NCBI GenBank assembly: GCA_964344485.1
Contig: CAYFNF010000004.1
Location: 66,069-130,068, forward strand
Direction: 5' to 3'
Source of the DNA: an uncultured Gammaproteobacteria bacterium
Lineage (GTDB): Bacteria > Patescibacteriota > Patescibacteriia > UBA9570 > XYC2-FULL-38-9
Length of the DNA: 64,000 nt
Part shown: in pieces, positions 27,971 to 38,576 of the stretch
Position numbering within the stretch: the first letter of the stretch is position 1
How the letters are laid out: every line of letters begins with the position of its first letter
Position numbers and translations under genes: made by a program
The notes under the pieces: model-generated
What the model was told of the DNA's origin: nothing
Seen by the model: only the letters and a program-made list of their open reading frames with translations
The model's database searches: none

Positions 27971-29317
27971 ATGAAATATGTTCACGCATTTCGATGGATG
28001 GTCAGTCTTTCTGTCGTACTATTCTTTGGTGTTCAAGCAACTACTGCAGCAGAACTGCCAGCCGCGCCAACTATTATCTCACCAGCACAGCAGAGCGTTC
28101 ATAGCACTGCCCTGCCGGTGATCACTGGTGTTGCACCCGCAGACATGCGCATCGCAGTCTATATTAATAATCAATTTAATGGATATGCAGATACGGTCAG
28201 CGAGAGTCAGGGTGTACAGAGCTTCTCGTATACTCCGTTTCTCTCCTTGTCCCCGGGTACACACACCGTGATGGCACGCGCTGAAGATGTAGACAATTCG
28301 ATTCGCAGCAACAAGAGCAAGGCATATACATTTACTATTGAGACAGAACCGCCCGCACCTACGCTACTGGATTCTGTGGTTGACGCAGACTCTTCTTGGA
28401 GTCAGCCGTGGGTCACTGGCGTAGCGCCGAGCGGCACGACAGTCAATATGTATATTGACGGAGCGTTCAACGGCACTGCTACTGCTAGTAACCATGAGTC
28501 CGGAACCGGCAGCTTTGCGTATCAACCGTTTCTGGTGCTATCACCAGGTACGCATACCGTTACTGCTACGACTTTGGTAGAGCGCGTTGACGGAACAACG
28601 CGCATGAGCAAGCGGTCTCAAGCGTTTTCGCTAAAGATTGCTGCTCCAGTACAACGTTCAAATACCAGCACTGCTACAACAGCAGCTGTAAACGCGGATG
28701 AGCAAGTTGAGGTCGAGCAGCAAGAGGAGAAGCTATGGCCAGAACCAGCAGAAACAGAAGAGCCTGTTCAAGAGGAAGCGGAAGAGTCTGTAGACGAGAT
28801 TGTCGAGGAGGTCGCTGAAGAAGAAAAGCAGGGCGATTCTGAGCCAACTCCTGTGGAGGAAGCCCCAGAAGAGCACAGCGAACAAGTTGCTGAAAGCACA
28901 AGCCAAGAAAGTGAGGGAGTTGTCTCTCCGGATGGAAACGGTGTTGCAGAGCAGGAAGAAGACAAAGAAGTGGAAGGTGCTACCGGTGTCGAAGAAGACA
29001 CTGAAGAAGATACCGAAGCGTCGACAACGCGCAGGAAAACATTCGGCTGGATTCTCTTGATCGCCGCGTTAGCGATATTCCTGTATCAACTACGTCGACG
29101 AAAGAACGAAGAGAGTCAAGAGTCACCGGACGTCACTGTACTCTCGGATGAAGAAGCGCAGCAAGTAAAGAAAGACAACGAGCAACAGCTCGAATTTCAT
29201 GCACCGAAAGAGAATAAAAATATCGAAGTGATCAAAAAGGAGGAGAAATCTCAATCAACAGACAGTTCCGAGCAGTCGTCCTCGCAAGAGACGAACCAGG
29301 AGCCGAAGTCAGAATAA
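27971..29317 (+). CDS. Surface protein with a signal peptide, two Ig-like domains homologous to a domain of the giant protein, an E-rich acidic linker, a TM anchor and a charged tail.
   Basis: AGGAGG upstream of the ATG at 27971. Domain ..NGYADTVSESQGVQSFSYTPFLSLSPGTHTV.. resembles ..NGTFQAASDPSGTASFSYEPFLDLDLGEHSV.. in 12274..17247. Confidence 0.65.
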   Translation: MKYVHAFRWMVSLSVVLFFGVQATTAAELPAAPTIISPAQQSVHSTALPVITGVAPADMRIAVYINNQFNGYADTVSESQGVQSFSYTPFLSLSPGTHTVMARAEDVDNSIRSNKSKAYTFTIETEPPAPTLLDSVVDADSSWSQPWVTGVAPSGTTVNMYIDGAFNGTATASNHESGTGSFAYQPFLVLSPGTHTVTATTLVERVDGTTRMSKRSQAFSLKIAAPVQRSNTSTATTAAVNADEQVEVEQQEEKLWPEPAETEEPVQEEAEESVDEIVEEVAEEEKQGDSEPTPVEEAPEEHSEQVAESTSQESEGVVSPDGNGVAEQEEDKEVEGATGVEEDTEEDTEASTTRRKTFGWILLIAALAIFLYQLRRRKNEESQESPDVTVLSDEEAQQVKKDNEQQLEFHAPKENKNIEVIKKEEKSQSTDSSEQSSSQETNQEPKSE

Positions 29318-29350
29318 TATCACTCGAATAGAACACACATCACCACACAA

Positions 29351-29378
29351 ACCGCTCATTGTAGCGGTTTTGTGTTTG
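29351..29378 (+). terminator. Intrinsic terminator AACCGCT-cattgt-AGCGGTT followed by a T-run.
   Basis: Read directly. Confidence 0.55.
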
Positions 29379-29420
29379 CGTTCATACAGGATGCAGCACG
29401 AACGCAGGAGGGTATAAAAA

Positions 29421-29441
29421 AACTGCGTGTGTGGCGCAGTT
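29421..29441 (-). terminator. Hairpin AACTGCG-tgtgtgg-CGCAGTT preceded on the + strand by A7. On the - strand this gives a T-run, making it a terminator for the island D genes.
   Basis: Read directly. Confidence 0.5.
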
Positions 29442-29444
29442 GGC

Positions 29445-29852
29445 CTACTGGCCGTCGGGCTCGTCGCCGGACTCGGGTGCGGTGACGCGCTGCCTGGGGC
29501 GGTCGAAGCTGATGATCAGCACGGCCATGCTCCCGGGCAGCACCGTGATCTCGAGCGCGATGGTCTTGCCCACGACCTTGGTGTTGTCCTCGCGCGAGGA
29601 CACCAGCAGCTTACCGTTGACCTCGCACTCACCCATGACCGCGCGGACCGTCACCGCGAACGGCAAGGCATCGAACGCGTGCTCGCCCTCGTGGACGTGC
29701 ATGGTCAGGAACTCCCGACCCGTGGGCGTGGCGTCCTGCACCAGCGTAACCCTGCCGCCGACCTCGAGCGCACTCACCTGGTGGGTGTGCCCCCACTCAC
29801 CGCTGTCTTCCTTGGTGCGGTAGATCAGCGTGAGCCTCATGTCCATCGACAT
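29445..29852 (-). CDS. Hypothetical His-rich, possibly cupin-like protein of GC-rich island D. Start taken at MSMDMRLTL.
   Basis: GAGGAGGA SD upstream of the ATG at 29852. GHTHQ...E and HVHEGEH motifs. The cupin call is tentative. Confidence 0.4.
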   Translation of the reverse strand: MSMDMRLTLIYRTKEDSGEWGHTHQVSALEVGGRVTLVQDATPTGREFLTMHVHEGEHAFDALPFAVTVRAVMGECEVNGKLLVSSREDNTKVVGKTIALEITVLPGSMAVLIISFDRPRQRVTAPESGDEPDGQ

Positions 29853-29987
29853 GCAATCCTCCTCGACCTGCCTGCATCTTCGCAGACTGTCGTATTGTAT
29901 CCGAAGACAAACATGATTGTGTGTGTTTGTCAAGGCATTTTAAGTATAAAAAAAGCGCGGTCTGAAGGCTCCTCCTGCCTCAGTGCG

Positions 29988-30978
29988 CTAGTCCTCCAGG
30001 ATCCGCAGTACCTCGAAGTTCGGGTGCTTGGCCGCATGCGCGAAGAACGGGAGGCACTCGTACGTGAACTCCCCGTTGAACACGGTCTGGTAGTAGAGCC
30101 AGGAGTAGAGCGCGTGATCGAAGTCGTCATCGTCCAGCACTCGCTCGCACATCCCGGTGCCGGGCCGGTACTCCATCCCCCAGGCGTTCGCCGCATCGCA
30201 CGTCTGCATGTAGGTCTCACGCAGCAGGAACCACGTGAACTCGCAGACCGGCTGGTTCGACCCGTAGCGGTCCCAGCCCCGTGCCATGATCTCGGCCTCG
30301 GTGTGCGAAGCGTCACGCCAGGCGTGCAGCAGCAGGGTCTCGAACCAGAGGTCCAGCAGCGCGGCCGGCACGTCGTCCTGCTCCATGTACGTGAGCGACT
30401 CGATCTGGAAGAAGATCACCGGCGACTCGGTGTTGTCGTGCGAGATCGGCTGGAACTTGACCAGCCAGGGCCAGGACACGGGTGATCAGGTCCGTGTAAC
30501 CGCTCTCGGGTAGGTTGCGCACCAGGTAGAGCGCACGCTCCTCCAGCAGCGCGGTCTCGGTGCCCGGCAGCGGTAGGTCCTCGTTCCCGGGCAGGGTGAG
30601 TGCGGGCAGTGGCGGGAAGGTGGTGGGCTCTTCCATGACCGCGGGCAGGGTCGGCTCTTCCTCGAGCGGCCAGTCCAGCTCCATCTGCAGGTACGAGCGC
30701 AGCTCCTGGTCGCTGAGCACAGCCCAGGCCATGCCGTCGATGCGGAGCAGGTCGGAGAGCCAGAGCATGTCGGCCTGGTCCAGCTCCTGATTCGACGCGA
30801 CCTGCGTGTTGACCTCGTCGGATCCGATCCTGGGCGACGGGATGAAGGTATGCGAGGTCGGCGGCGTAGGCTCCAGGAAGCTCACGATCACCGCGGACCA
30901 GCACACCAGCAAGGCCAGCATCAGGACCAGTACGGCCACGAGATGGCCGATGCGGAACTTGGTGTTGGGAAAGGGCAT
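29988..30978 (-). pseudogene. Membrane-anchored protein of island D, read in two overlapping frames (30313..30978 and 29988..30479). An apparent frameshift lies near 30480..30510.
   Basis: The N-terminal frame (MPFPNTKFRIGHLVAVLVLMLALLVCW...) degenerates into an Arg/Ala-rich read after about ...YTDLITRVLALAG. The other frame there opens into a plausible protein sequence (..PVIFFQIESLTYMEQDD..). GGAGGAG SD upstream of the ATG at 30978. Confidence 0.4.
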
Positions 30979-31150
30979 GTCGTCTCCTCCACGAGTAGTT
31001 GTACTGCTATGACAACAGCACTGGAAATGACGCGAACCAACTGCCATTCTCCACTACTGTTCTCTGAAACCATAACCGTAATAAACGCACTGAAAAAGTC
31101 AAGAAATATAGGGATTTCTACCACCAATTTGGCCCTAAAGCACGTAATTA

Positions 31151-31178
31151 TTGACTTTTTTTCGCCATACCCTATAAT
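31151..31178 (+). promoter_or_regulatory. Sigma70-type promoter TTGACT-16 nt-TATAAT upstream of nusA.
   Basis: Read directly. Confidence 0.45.
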
Positions 31179-31234
31179 CAATACGCTGGTATCTAACGAT
31201 GCTAGTTTTTTAATGCATAAATAAACATATTTAT

Positions 31235-32788
31235 ATGCCAAAAAGCGAATTAGCACTGGCTATCGAACAGGTGTGCGATGAGAAAAACATCCCGTACGAG
31301 TCAGTGATCGAATCAATCGAAGCAGCTCTTGCAGTTGCGTATCGAAAAGAATTCGGGAATAAACTGTTAAATTGTCGCGTGGAGTTCAATCCAGACGATG
31401 GGTCCACACGAATTTTTGACGTGAAAGAAGTCGTTGAAGACCCAACCGAAGAAGAGTTGGAGGAGCTTGAGCGCAAAGAAAAAGAGCGTGCGGAAGGAAA
31501 AGACAGAAAAGACAAGCCAGAAGAGAAGAAAGAAGAGGAAAAGAAAGAGAAAGAAAAAACTGATGACGAAAAAAAGGAAGGCGAAGAAGGCTCTGAAGAG
31601 GACGAAGAAGAACAGCGGCGCTTTAACCCGCGCACTGATATCCCTATTTCTGAAGCAACCAAAATCAAGGACGACGCAGAGATCGGCGATGAAATCATTA
31701 CTGAGCTCCCAGTTCCAGAAGGATATGGACGTGTTGCAGCACAGACAGCAAAGCAGGTCATTATCCAAAAATTGAGAGAAGCAGAACGTGAGACCTTGTT
31801 TAATCAGTACAAAGATCGTGTAGGCGAGATTGTGAATGCATCGGTTCAGAGAATTGAAGGTCGCATGCTCTATATGGACTTAGGCCAGGCAACAGCAATC
31901 ATGCCGCCGCCAGAGCAAGTTCCAAATGAAAACTACAAGATTGGAGATCGATACAAAGTATATCTACGCTCTGTGGAGAAAACGAACAAAGGGCCAGAGA
32001 TTATTGCATCACGAGCAGCAGCTGAAATGGTAAATCAACTGTTTAGCATGGAAGTACCAGAGATTAATTCAGGATCTATTGAAGTGAAGTCAGTTGCTCG
32101 CGAAGCTGGATCCCGTTCTAAGATTGCAGTACAGAGCCTTGCTGACAACATTGATCCGATCGGATCTTGTGTTGGGCAACGCGGTGCTCGCGTACAGACC
32201 GTCATGAACGAACTCGGCGGAGAGAAGATTGATATCATTGAGTTTAGTGATGATGCAGTGAAGTTCATTGTGAATGCACTCTCTCCTGCAAAGATTATCT
32301 CAGTGCAGTTAGATGAAGAAGAGCAGACCGCAAAAGCATTTGTGAATGAAGACCAGCTCTCGCTTGCTATCGGTAAGGGTGGGCAGAACGTTCGTCTGGC
32401 AGCTAAGCTTAGCGGCTGGAAGATTGATGTGGTAAAGGAAGATGAAGAAGGTGCTGAATCTGAAAAAGAAGATGAAGACAAACCAGTAGACGATCAAGAC
32501 GCAGACGCAGACGATGCAAAGGAAGAAAAAACCACAGAAGCAGTAGAAGAGACTGAAGAGAAAGAGGAAAAGAAAGAGGACGCCAAAGAAAAAGAAGAGA
32601 AAATAGAAGACGCCCCAGAAGAGGAGTCCGAAGACAAGAAGGACGAGGAAGAGAAGGAAGAGGACAAAGACGAAGAGGAAGAGAAGAAGACGGTAGCAAA
32701 AAAAGCAACAAAGAAAACCGCGGCAAAGAAGACCACAAAGAAGACCACAAAGAAGCCCGCGAAAAAGAAGAAGATAAAAAATAATTAA
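31235..32788 (+). CDS. nusA: Transcription termination/antitermination factor NusA, with a long Glu/Lys-rich insertion and a Lys-rich C-terminal tail.
   Basis: N-terminal MPKSELALAIEQVCDEKNIPYESVIESIEAALAVAYRKEFG. S1 and KH regions (AIGKGGQNVRLAAKLSGWKIDV). Confidence 0.9.
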   Translation: MPKSELALAIEQVCDEKNIPYESVIESIEAALAVAYRKEFGNKLLNCRVEFNPDDGSTRIFDVKEVVEDPTEEELEELERKEKERAEGKDRKDKPEEKKEEEKKEKEKTDDEKKEGEEGSEEDEEEQRRFNPRTDIPISEATKIKDDAEIGDEIITELPVPEGYGRVAAQTAKQVIIQKLREAERETLFNQYKDRVGEIVNASVQRIEGRMLYMDLGQATAIMPPPEQVPNENYKIGDRYKVYLRSVEKTNKGPEIIASRAAAEMVNQLFSMEVPEINSGSIEVKSVAREAGSRSKIAVQSLADNIDPIGSCVGQRGARVQTVMNELGGEKIDIIEFSDDAVKFIVNALSPAKIISVQLDEEEQTAKAFVNEDQLSLAIGKGGQNVRLAAKLSGWKIDVVKEDEEGAESEKEDEDKPVDDQDADADDAKEEKTTEAVEETEEKEEKKEDAKEKEEKIEDAPEEESEDKKDEEEKEEDKDEEEEKKTVAKKATKKTAAKKTTKKTTKKPAKKKKIKNN

Positions 32789-32809
32789 ATATAAGTAAGA
32801 GAAAGAAGT

Positions 32810-34804
32810 ATGAATAACCTTATTCTATTCGCACTGGTTAGCGCTCTACTCTCCATCGTATACGGTGGCATCTTGATCAAGGTGATCATGAAGAAGAGCG
32901 CTGGATCAGAGAGAATGCAAGAGATTGCAGCTGCAGTTCAGGCTGGCGCTAAAGCGTACTTGAACAGACAGTACCGTACTATTGCTATCATCGGTGTTGT
33001 TATTTTTGCGCTCCTGTGGTTGATCTTAGATATCTCTACCGCACTTGGATTCGCTATTGGTGCAGTACTATCGGCACTCGCAGGATACATCGGTATGCAC
33101 GTTTCTGTACGAGCGAACGTTCGCACCACAGAAGCAGCACGAGGTGGCATTAAAGAAGCACTGAACGTTGCAGTAAAAGGTGGCTCAGTAACCGGCTTAC
33201 TAGTAGTCGGGCTCGCATTACTCGGTGTTGCAGGCTTTTATGCTGTATCCGGGGACCTGAAGGCATTAATTGGCCTTGGGTTTGGAGGAAGTTTAATTTC
33301 AGTATTTGCTCGTCTTGGTGGCGGAATTTTCACCAAAGCAGCAGATGTAGGAGCAGACTTGGTTGGTAAAGTCGAAGCAGGAATCCCTGAAGACGACCCA
33401 AGAAACCCAGCAGTAATTGCAGACAACGTTGGAGATAACGTCGGAGACTGTGCTGGAATGGCAGCAGATCTATATGAAACATACGCAGTAACCTCAGTGG
33501 CAGCAATGCTCTTAGGTGCACTAGCGTTTAACCACTCAGAACAAGCGATACTTTACCCGCTAGTATTAGGTGGGGTAGCAATTCTGACCTCCATTATCGG
33601 GACCTGGTTCATTCGCCTTGGCAGCAAGGAGAACATCATGAACGCACTGTATAAAGGATTAGCAGTATCAGGCATCCTGGCAGCGATCATTTTCTACCCA
33701 GTCACCAAATGGATGATGGGAGACATTGAGAAATATAGTGTAATGGATCTATATATCTCCGCATTAGTTGGTCTAGTTGTGACTGCTGCTTTAGTACTTA
33801 TCACTGAATACTACACATCAACGAAATACTATCCAGTAAAATCAATTGCAAAAGCATCAAAATCTGGACATGCGACTAACATCATTCAAGGACTCGCAAT
33901 GTCATTGAAATCAACTGCATGGCCAGTATTAGTGATTGCAGCAGGCATCCTGGTGACGTACCAATTTGCTGAGCTATACGGAGTTGCAGTTGCTGCAATG
34001 TCTATGCTTTCTATGGCAGGTATTATTGTTGCGATTGATGCATACGGACCAATTACAGATAACGCTGGTGGAATTGCTGAGATGGCAGAGCTACCAGAAG
34101 AAGTTCGAAACATCACTGATCCATTAGACGCAGTCGGAAACACCACGAAAGCAGTGACCAAAGGATACGCTATTGGTTCTGCTGGACTCGCTGCATTAGT
34201 GCTGTTCGCTTCATACACACAGGAATTTGAAGAACTTGGGCACCATTTGAAATTCCGATTAGAAGATCCATACGTATTGATTGGATTATTCATTGGTGGG
34301 CTACTTCCATTCTACTTTAGCGCGCTTTCTATGGAGGCAGTTGGAAAGACAGCAGGAAAAGTCGTGGACGAAGTACGTAGACAGTTCCAAGAGATTAAAG
34401 GTATTATGGACGGAACTGCGAAACCAGATTACGCGCAGTGTGTAGACATTGTGACTAAAGCTGCTATCAAGCAGATGATTATCCCAGCACTTATCCCTGT
34501 TGTCGTGCCTATTATCGTTGGATTCTTACTTGGACCAGTTGCACTTGGTGGATTATTGGTCGGAAGCATCATTACTGGACTCTTTGTTGCGATCTCAATG
34601 ACCTCTGGTGGAGGCGCATGGGATAATGCGAAGAAGTACATTGAAGACGGACATCACGGCGGCAAAGGTTCAGACGCGCATAAAGCTGCAGTAACTGGAG
34701 ATACCGTTGGTGACCCATACAAAGACACTGCAGGTCCAGCAATTAATCCTATGATTAAGATCTTGAATATTGTCGCTCTCTTACTCGTTACCCTACTCGT
34801 CTAA
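32810..34804 (+). CDS. hppA: Membrane-bound proton/sodium-translocating pyrophosphatase.
   Basis: [30 protein letters not shown] and [20 protein letters not shown] motifs. Confidence 0.9.
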   Translation: MNNLILFALVSALLSIVYGGILIKVIMKKSAGSERMQEIAAAVQAGAKAYLNRQYRTIAIIGVVIFALLWLILDISTALGFAIGAVLSALAGYIGMHVSVRANVRTTEAARGGIKEALNVAVKGGSVTGLLVVGLALLGVAGFYAVSGDLKALIGLGFGGSLISVFARLGGGIFTKAADVGADLVGKVEAGIPEDDPRNPAVIADNVGDNVGDCAGMAADLYETYAVTSVAAMLLGALAFNHSEQAILYPLVLGGVAILTSIIGTWFIRLGSKENIMNALYKGLAVSGILAAIIFYPVTKWMMGDIEKYSVMDLYISALVGLVVTAALVLITEYYTSTKYYPVKSIAKASKSGHATNIIQGLAMSLKSTAWPVLVIAAGILVTYQFAELYGVAVAAMSMLSMAGIIVAIDAYGPITDNAGGIAEMAELPEEVRNITDPLDAVGNTTKAVTKGYAIGSAGLAALVLFASYTQEFEELGHHLKFRLEDPYVLIGLFIGGLLPFYFSALSMEAVGKTAGKVVDEVRRQFQEIKGIMDGTAKPDYAQCVDIVTKAAIKQMIIPALIPVVVPIIVGFLLGPVALGGLLVGSIITGLFVAISMTSGGGAWDNAKKYIEDGHHGGKGSDAHKAAVTGDTVGDPYKDTAGPAINPMIKILNIVALLLVTLLV

Positions 34805-36115
34805 ATGCAAGTTACAAAAAAAGACCTCCCAAAAAGCCAGGTCGAGCTTACGATCGAGCTTTCTGTTGAGGAAGTACAACCGTTCGTAGACAAGGCTGCA
34901 AAGCGTATTGCGAAGGATGTAGACATCAAGGGCTTCCGTAAAGGAAAGGTTCCATATGATGTACTCGCAAAGAACGTTGGAGAAGCCACGATCTATGAAG
35001 AGGCGTTCAATGACATCGTTGAAGATGTCTATCCAAAAGCTGTTGAGCAAGAAGACCTTCAAGTCGCCGGAAAAGCAAACATTGATCTGGAGAAGATCGC
35101 GCCAGGAAATCCAGTAGTCTTTAAAGCAACCGTTCCTTTGATGCCAAATGTGTCACTGGGCAATTACAAGAAAGTAAAAGTCAAGAAAGGTACAGCAAAG
35201 ATGGATGACGCAAAGTTTGAAAAAACACTGAAGGACATCCAAAAGATGCGTGCAAAAGAGAAGGTCGTAAACCGAGAAGCAAAAGAAGGTGACAAAGTAG
35301 TGCTAGACTTTGAAGTCAAAGTCGGCGGCGTAGTCATCGAGGGCGGATCCGCTCAGAAGCAGCCGCTGGTGATCGGCGAGAGTCAATTCATCCCAGGATT
35401 TGAAGAGGAGATCGTTGGATTGAAGAAAGACGATGAGAAAGACTTCGAGCTGCAATTTCCGGAAGAGTACAAGAAGGAGGTTGCTGGAAAGAAAGGAGCA
35501 TTCCACGTGAAAGTACATGACGTCTTTGAGATCGAGCTCCCAGAGCTAACAGACGAAATCGCAAAAGAGATGAGCTTCGAGAACCTAGACAAGATGAAAG
35601 AAGAGCTGCAAAAAAATATCATGCGCGAACTCGAGCAGAAAGAACAGGAGAAGTACGAGAAAGAAGTGATTGAAGCTATGATGAAAGAGGCAGAGATTGA
35701 TGATGTCCCAGAGCAGCTGATTGAGGATGAAGCAGAAAAGATGGTCCAAGAGTCTGAACATGAGATTTCTCAGCAAGGACTAAAGTTTGATGACTATCTC
35801 GAGCATCTCGGGAAGAAGCGCGATGAACTCAAAGAAGAGTTCAAGCAGAATGCAGAGAAACGAATTCAAGCAGCATTAGTCATGCGTGAGCTCGCTGTAG
35901 TTGAAGACATTAAGGTCGATACCGCTGAGATTGATAAAGAGCTAGAGGAAATGAAGAAGATGTATGATCAGTTGCCTGAGATGGCGGCACAATTCGACGC
36001 ACCACAGTATCGTGCGCATATAGAGAACACGATGATGCACAAGAAGACGTTTGAACGCATTGGGAGCTTCTCGGGCAAGGGCGACGCAGAAGACAAGGAC
36101 AAGAAAGCAGAATAA
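34805..36115 (+). CDS. tig: Trigger factor
   Basis: N-terminal MQVTKKDLPKSQVELTIELSVEE ... GFRKGKVP. Its start codon abuts the hppA stop. Confidence 0.85.
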   Translation: MQVTKKDLPKSQVELTIELSVEEVQPFVDKAAKRIAKDVDIKGFRKGKVPYDVLAKNVGEATIYEEAFNDIVEDVYPKAVEQEDLQVAGKANIDLEKIAPGNPVVFKATVPLMPNVSLGNYKKVKVKKGTAKMDDAKFEKTLKDIQKMRAKEKVVNREAKEGDKVVLDFEVKVGGVVIEGGSAQKQPLVIGESQFIPGFEEEIVGLKKDDEKDFELQFPEEYKKEVAGKKGAFHVKVHDVFEIELPELTDEIAKEMSFENLDKMKEELQKNIMRELEQKEQEKYEKEVIEAMMKEAEIDDVPEQLIEDEAEKMVQESEHEISQQGLKFDDYLEHLGKKRDELKEEFKQNAEKRIQAALVMRELAVVEDIKVDTAEIDKELEEMKKMYDQLPEMAAQFDAPQYRAHIENTMMHKKTFERIGSFSGKGDAEDKDKKAE

Positions 36116-36120
36116 ATAAA

Positions 36121-36150
36121 CAGCCGGCAACCCCGGCTGTTTTTTGATAA
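36121..36150. terminator. Intrinsic terminator CAGCCGG-caacc-CCGGCTG followed by TTTTTT.
   Basis: Read directly. Confidence 0.65.
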
Positions 36151-36180
36151 AAAAATCGAGCGCAGACTCCTCTACAACGC

Positions 36181-36798
36181 TCACTGCGGGAAAATGCTGT
36201 GTACCCCTTCACCCTGTGGGTAGCCGATGTAGGCACCCTCCTCGTCCCAGCGCGGGTCCGGGCGGTAGAACCGAGACACGGTCGCGTAGAACGGGTGCCT
36301 GTACCGCTCCTCCGTGACGCCGGTCTCCAGCACGTGGACGTACTCGATGACCTCATCGACCTGGATGACCGCCGGGGACTCCTCTGGCGTGACCTGCGGC
36401 AGGTCTACGGTGCCGTAGAGCAACCACCCGCCGTCCTTGCAGTAGAAGACGAGAAGGTCGCTGGTGATGGTGTCCTCGGGCATGGCGATGTCGATGAACT
36501 GCGGATCGTAGATCAGGTCTGTACCACCACCGATCACCGGCGGGATGGTGTTCACGCCCACGCCCCACTGGTTGTGCCGGTTGGGCTCCACCCGAACGTC
36601 CGTGATCTCGGTCCAGCGCTCCACCCAGGGCGAGTGGAAGGCCGGGTCCGCGAACTCGCACACCACGGGCACGGCTTCGGTCAGCACGGGCTCGTCGGCG
36701 GGGTCTTCGTCGTTGCACTGGCATCCCGTGGCCAGCACCGCACCCAGCATCAGCAGTCCGCTCAGGCTGCGCCAGCCCGTCAAGTCAAACAGTCGCAT
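36181..36798 (-). CDS. Lipoprotein of GC-rich island E. Start taken at MRLFDL; lipobox LATGC.
   Basis: GGAGGA SD upstream of the ATG at 36798. Signal peptide MRLFDLTGWRSLSGLLMLGAVLATGC. Confidence 0.5.
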   Translation of the reverse strand: MRLFDLTGWRSLSGLLMLGAVLATGCQCNDEDPADEPVLTEAVPVVCEFADPAFHSPWVERWTEITDVRVEPNRHNQWGVGVNTIPPVIGGGTDLIYDPQFIDIAMPEDTITSDLLVFYCKDGGWLLYGTVDLPQVTPEESPAVIQVDEVIEYVHVLETGVTEERYRHPFYATVSRFYRPDPRWDEEGAYIGYPQGEGVHSIFPQ

Positions 36799-36947
36799 TC
36801 GCTCATCCTCCGTGTCACACGTCGCAAGCACCGTGCTATTAACTCGCGCTTCAGCTCATCCACGCGCAAAGTGACAACATATCATAAATAATAAAGTCGC
36901 TTTTGTCAACGTAACGGCGCTTTTTCGCTATCACTATTGAGGAGATC

Positions 36948-37802
36948 ATGTATAATATAAGCATGCCATTGATCGGAACCCATGTATCTTCAGCAGGAGG
37001 GGTGCGGAATGCACCAATTTTTGCACATCAAGAAGGGTGTGAGACATTTCAGTTCTTCGTAAGCCCCCCACAGACCTATAAAGTGAATGAGATCTCAGAC
37101 GAAGAAGTTGCTGCGTACAAGAAGAACTGCAAGCAGTATGGATTCACCGAGGCATTTGTTCACGCACAGTACTTGATCAATCTTGCGTCCCCGAACAATC
37201 GCATTCGTTACGGTTCAATCAACTTGTTACAAAAAGGACTGGAGGCATGTAACAAGCTTGGTGTGAAAGGATTGATGTTTCATACTGGTACAGCAACTGG
37301 CCAGCCCAGCCGGTCAACCGCGATGAAAAATGCAATCGAGTCGCTCAATAAAGTGCTTGATGGATACGACGGTTCTACGAAGTTACTCATTGAAAATGCA
37401 GCGGGTGCAGGGGCAACACTTGGGAAAACTTTCAAAGAAGTCGGACGACTACTTCACGGAGTCAAGAACCAGTCAAAGATCGGAGTATGCTTGGATACTC
37501 AGCATTCATTCGCGTCCGGATATGATTGGCGGACCTCTGCAAGCACAAACAAAGCGTTGCAGGAGTTCTCAAAAGAGATAGGTATGCGGAAATTATACGT
37601 CGTGCATGTAAATGATTCTAAAGTAGATTGTGGTACAAATCGAGACAGGCACGAACATATCGGAAAAGGAAAGATCGGCAAGCAAGGGTTTGATATTCTT
37701 ATTAATCATCCAAAGCTGAAAAACAAACCGTTTATTCTTGAAACCCCTCCTCAAGGACGTGAAGGTGACATGGCAGTATTAAAACGCTTACGAAAGAAAT
37801 GA
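36948..37802 (+). CDS. nfo: Endonuclease IV (AP endonuclease family 2).
   Basis: HAQYLINLASP, LIENAAG and HVNDSK motifs. Confidence 0.8.
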   Translation: MYNISMPLIGTHVSSAGGVRNAPIFAHQEGCETFQFFVSPPQTYKVNEISDEEVAAYKKNCKQYGFTEAFVHAQYLINLASPNNRIRYGSINLLQKGLEACNKLGVKGLMFHTGTATGQPSRSTAMKNAIESLNKVLDGYDGSTKLLIENAAGAGATLGKTFKEVGRLLHGVKNQSKIGVCLDTQHSFASGYDWRTSASTNKALQEFSKEIGMRKLYVVHVNDSKVDCGTNRDRHEHIGKGKIGKQGFDILINHPKLKNKPFILETPPQGREGDMAVLKRLRKK

Positions 37803-38575
37803 AACTGACTTTATTAGGAACTGGAAATCACTTCCCTGACCACGCAGTCGGGTCTGCAGGGTATGTGTTGGAACATCAGGACACCATGCTGAAGTTAGAT
37901 TTCGGTCGAGGGAATCTAATGAACATGGCAGCAGCAGGGCTGAGCTGGAAGAAGATTGACGCAGTGTTGCTATCACACGTACACCCAGATCATATATCAG
38001 ACCTAATTCAATATTTACAAGCGTATACCTTGATACAGGTTGATGGAGTGGTTAAAAGTTATCATGTGACCGACGCTGACGTGAAAGAGATTGTTTTATA
38101 TGGACCACGAGGGCTCTCATCTTTTTTTAACCACTTACGCATGGTGACAATTACAGAATGGAGCGTAATTCCAGAGGTGAAGGAAGTATACGACGATATC
38201 TGGACGATCGGTGGAATTGCAATTTCATCTACACCAGTTGAGCACTTTACTGACTCTGTTGCGTATCGGTTTGAAGCAAACGGAAAAACACTGTGCTATA
38301 CTGGAGATGCATCCTTGAACGATAACCTTATCACATTAGCAAAAGATGTAGATGTGCTGCTAGCTGAATGCAGTATGACACCGGGTTCAGACTTCCATGG
38401 TCACCTCGCCCCAGAGTCAGTTGCAGAGCTCGCAAACAAGGCAGGGGTGAAGAAAGTGGTGCTCACGCACTACCCTGGAGACCCGCAACAACGGCAAAAG
38501 CGCGCTAATGCAGTAATAGAATTATTTGACAAAGAGGTGATAATTGGAGAAGATTTAATGGAGATAGAGATATAA
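37799..38575 (+). CDS. Metallo-beta-lactamase-fold hydrolase (RNase Z/ElaC-like).
   Basis: LLSHVHPDHISDL motif. ATGA start/stop overlap with nfo. Confidence 0.65.
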   Translation: MKLTLLGTGNHFPDHAVGSAGYVLEHQDTMLKLDFGRGNLMNMAAAGLSWKKIDAVLLSHVHPDHISDLIQYLQAYTLIQVDGVVKSYHVTDADVKEIVLYGPRGLSSFFNHLRMVTITEWSVIPEVKEVYDDIWTIGGIAISSTPVEHFTDSVAYRFEANGKTLCYTGDASLNDNLITLAKDVDVLLAECSMTPGSDFHGHLAPESVAELANKAGVKKVVLTHYPGDPQQRQKRANAVIELFDKEVIIGEDLMEIEI

Positions 38576-38576
38576 T

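Noticed and set aside
29427-30485. ORF 29427..30485(+), 352 aa, plus several other long ORFs inside GC-rich islands (for example 48384..49745(-), 42692..43243(-) and 30416..30904(-)).
   Set aside because: GC-rich DNA gives long open frames on all strands. These are Arg/Ala/Pro-rich and lack start context, whereas the opposite-strand or alternative frames have SD sequences and protein-like composition.
29988-31047. Treating 30313..31047(-) and 29988..30479(-) as two separate overlapping genes.
   Set aside because: A 165 nt overlap is implausible. The tail of the first frame looks like an out-of-frame translation, so the pair is reported as a frameshifted single gene or pseudogene instead.
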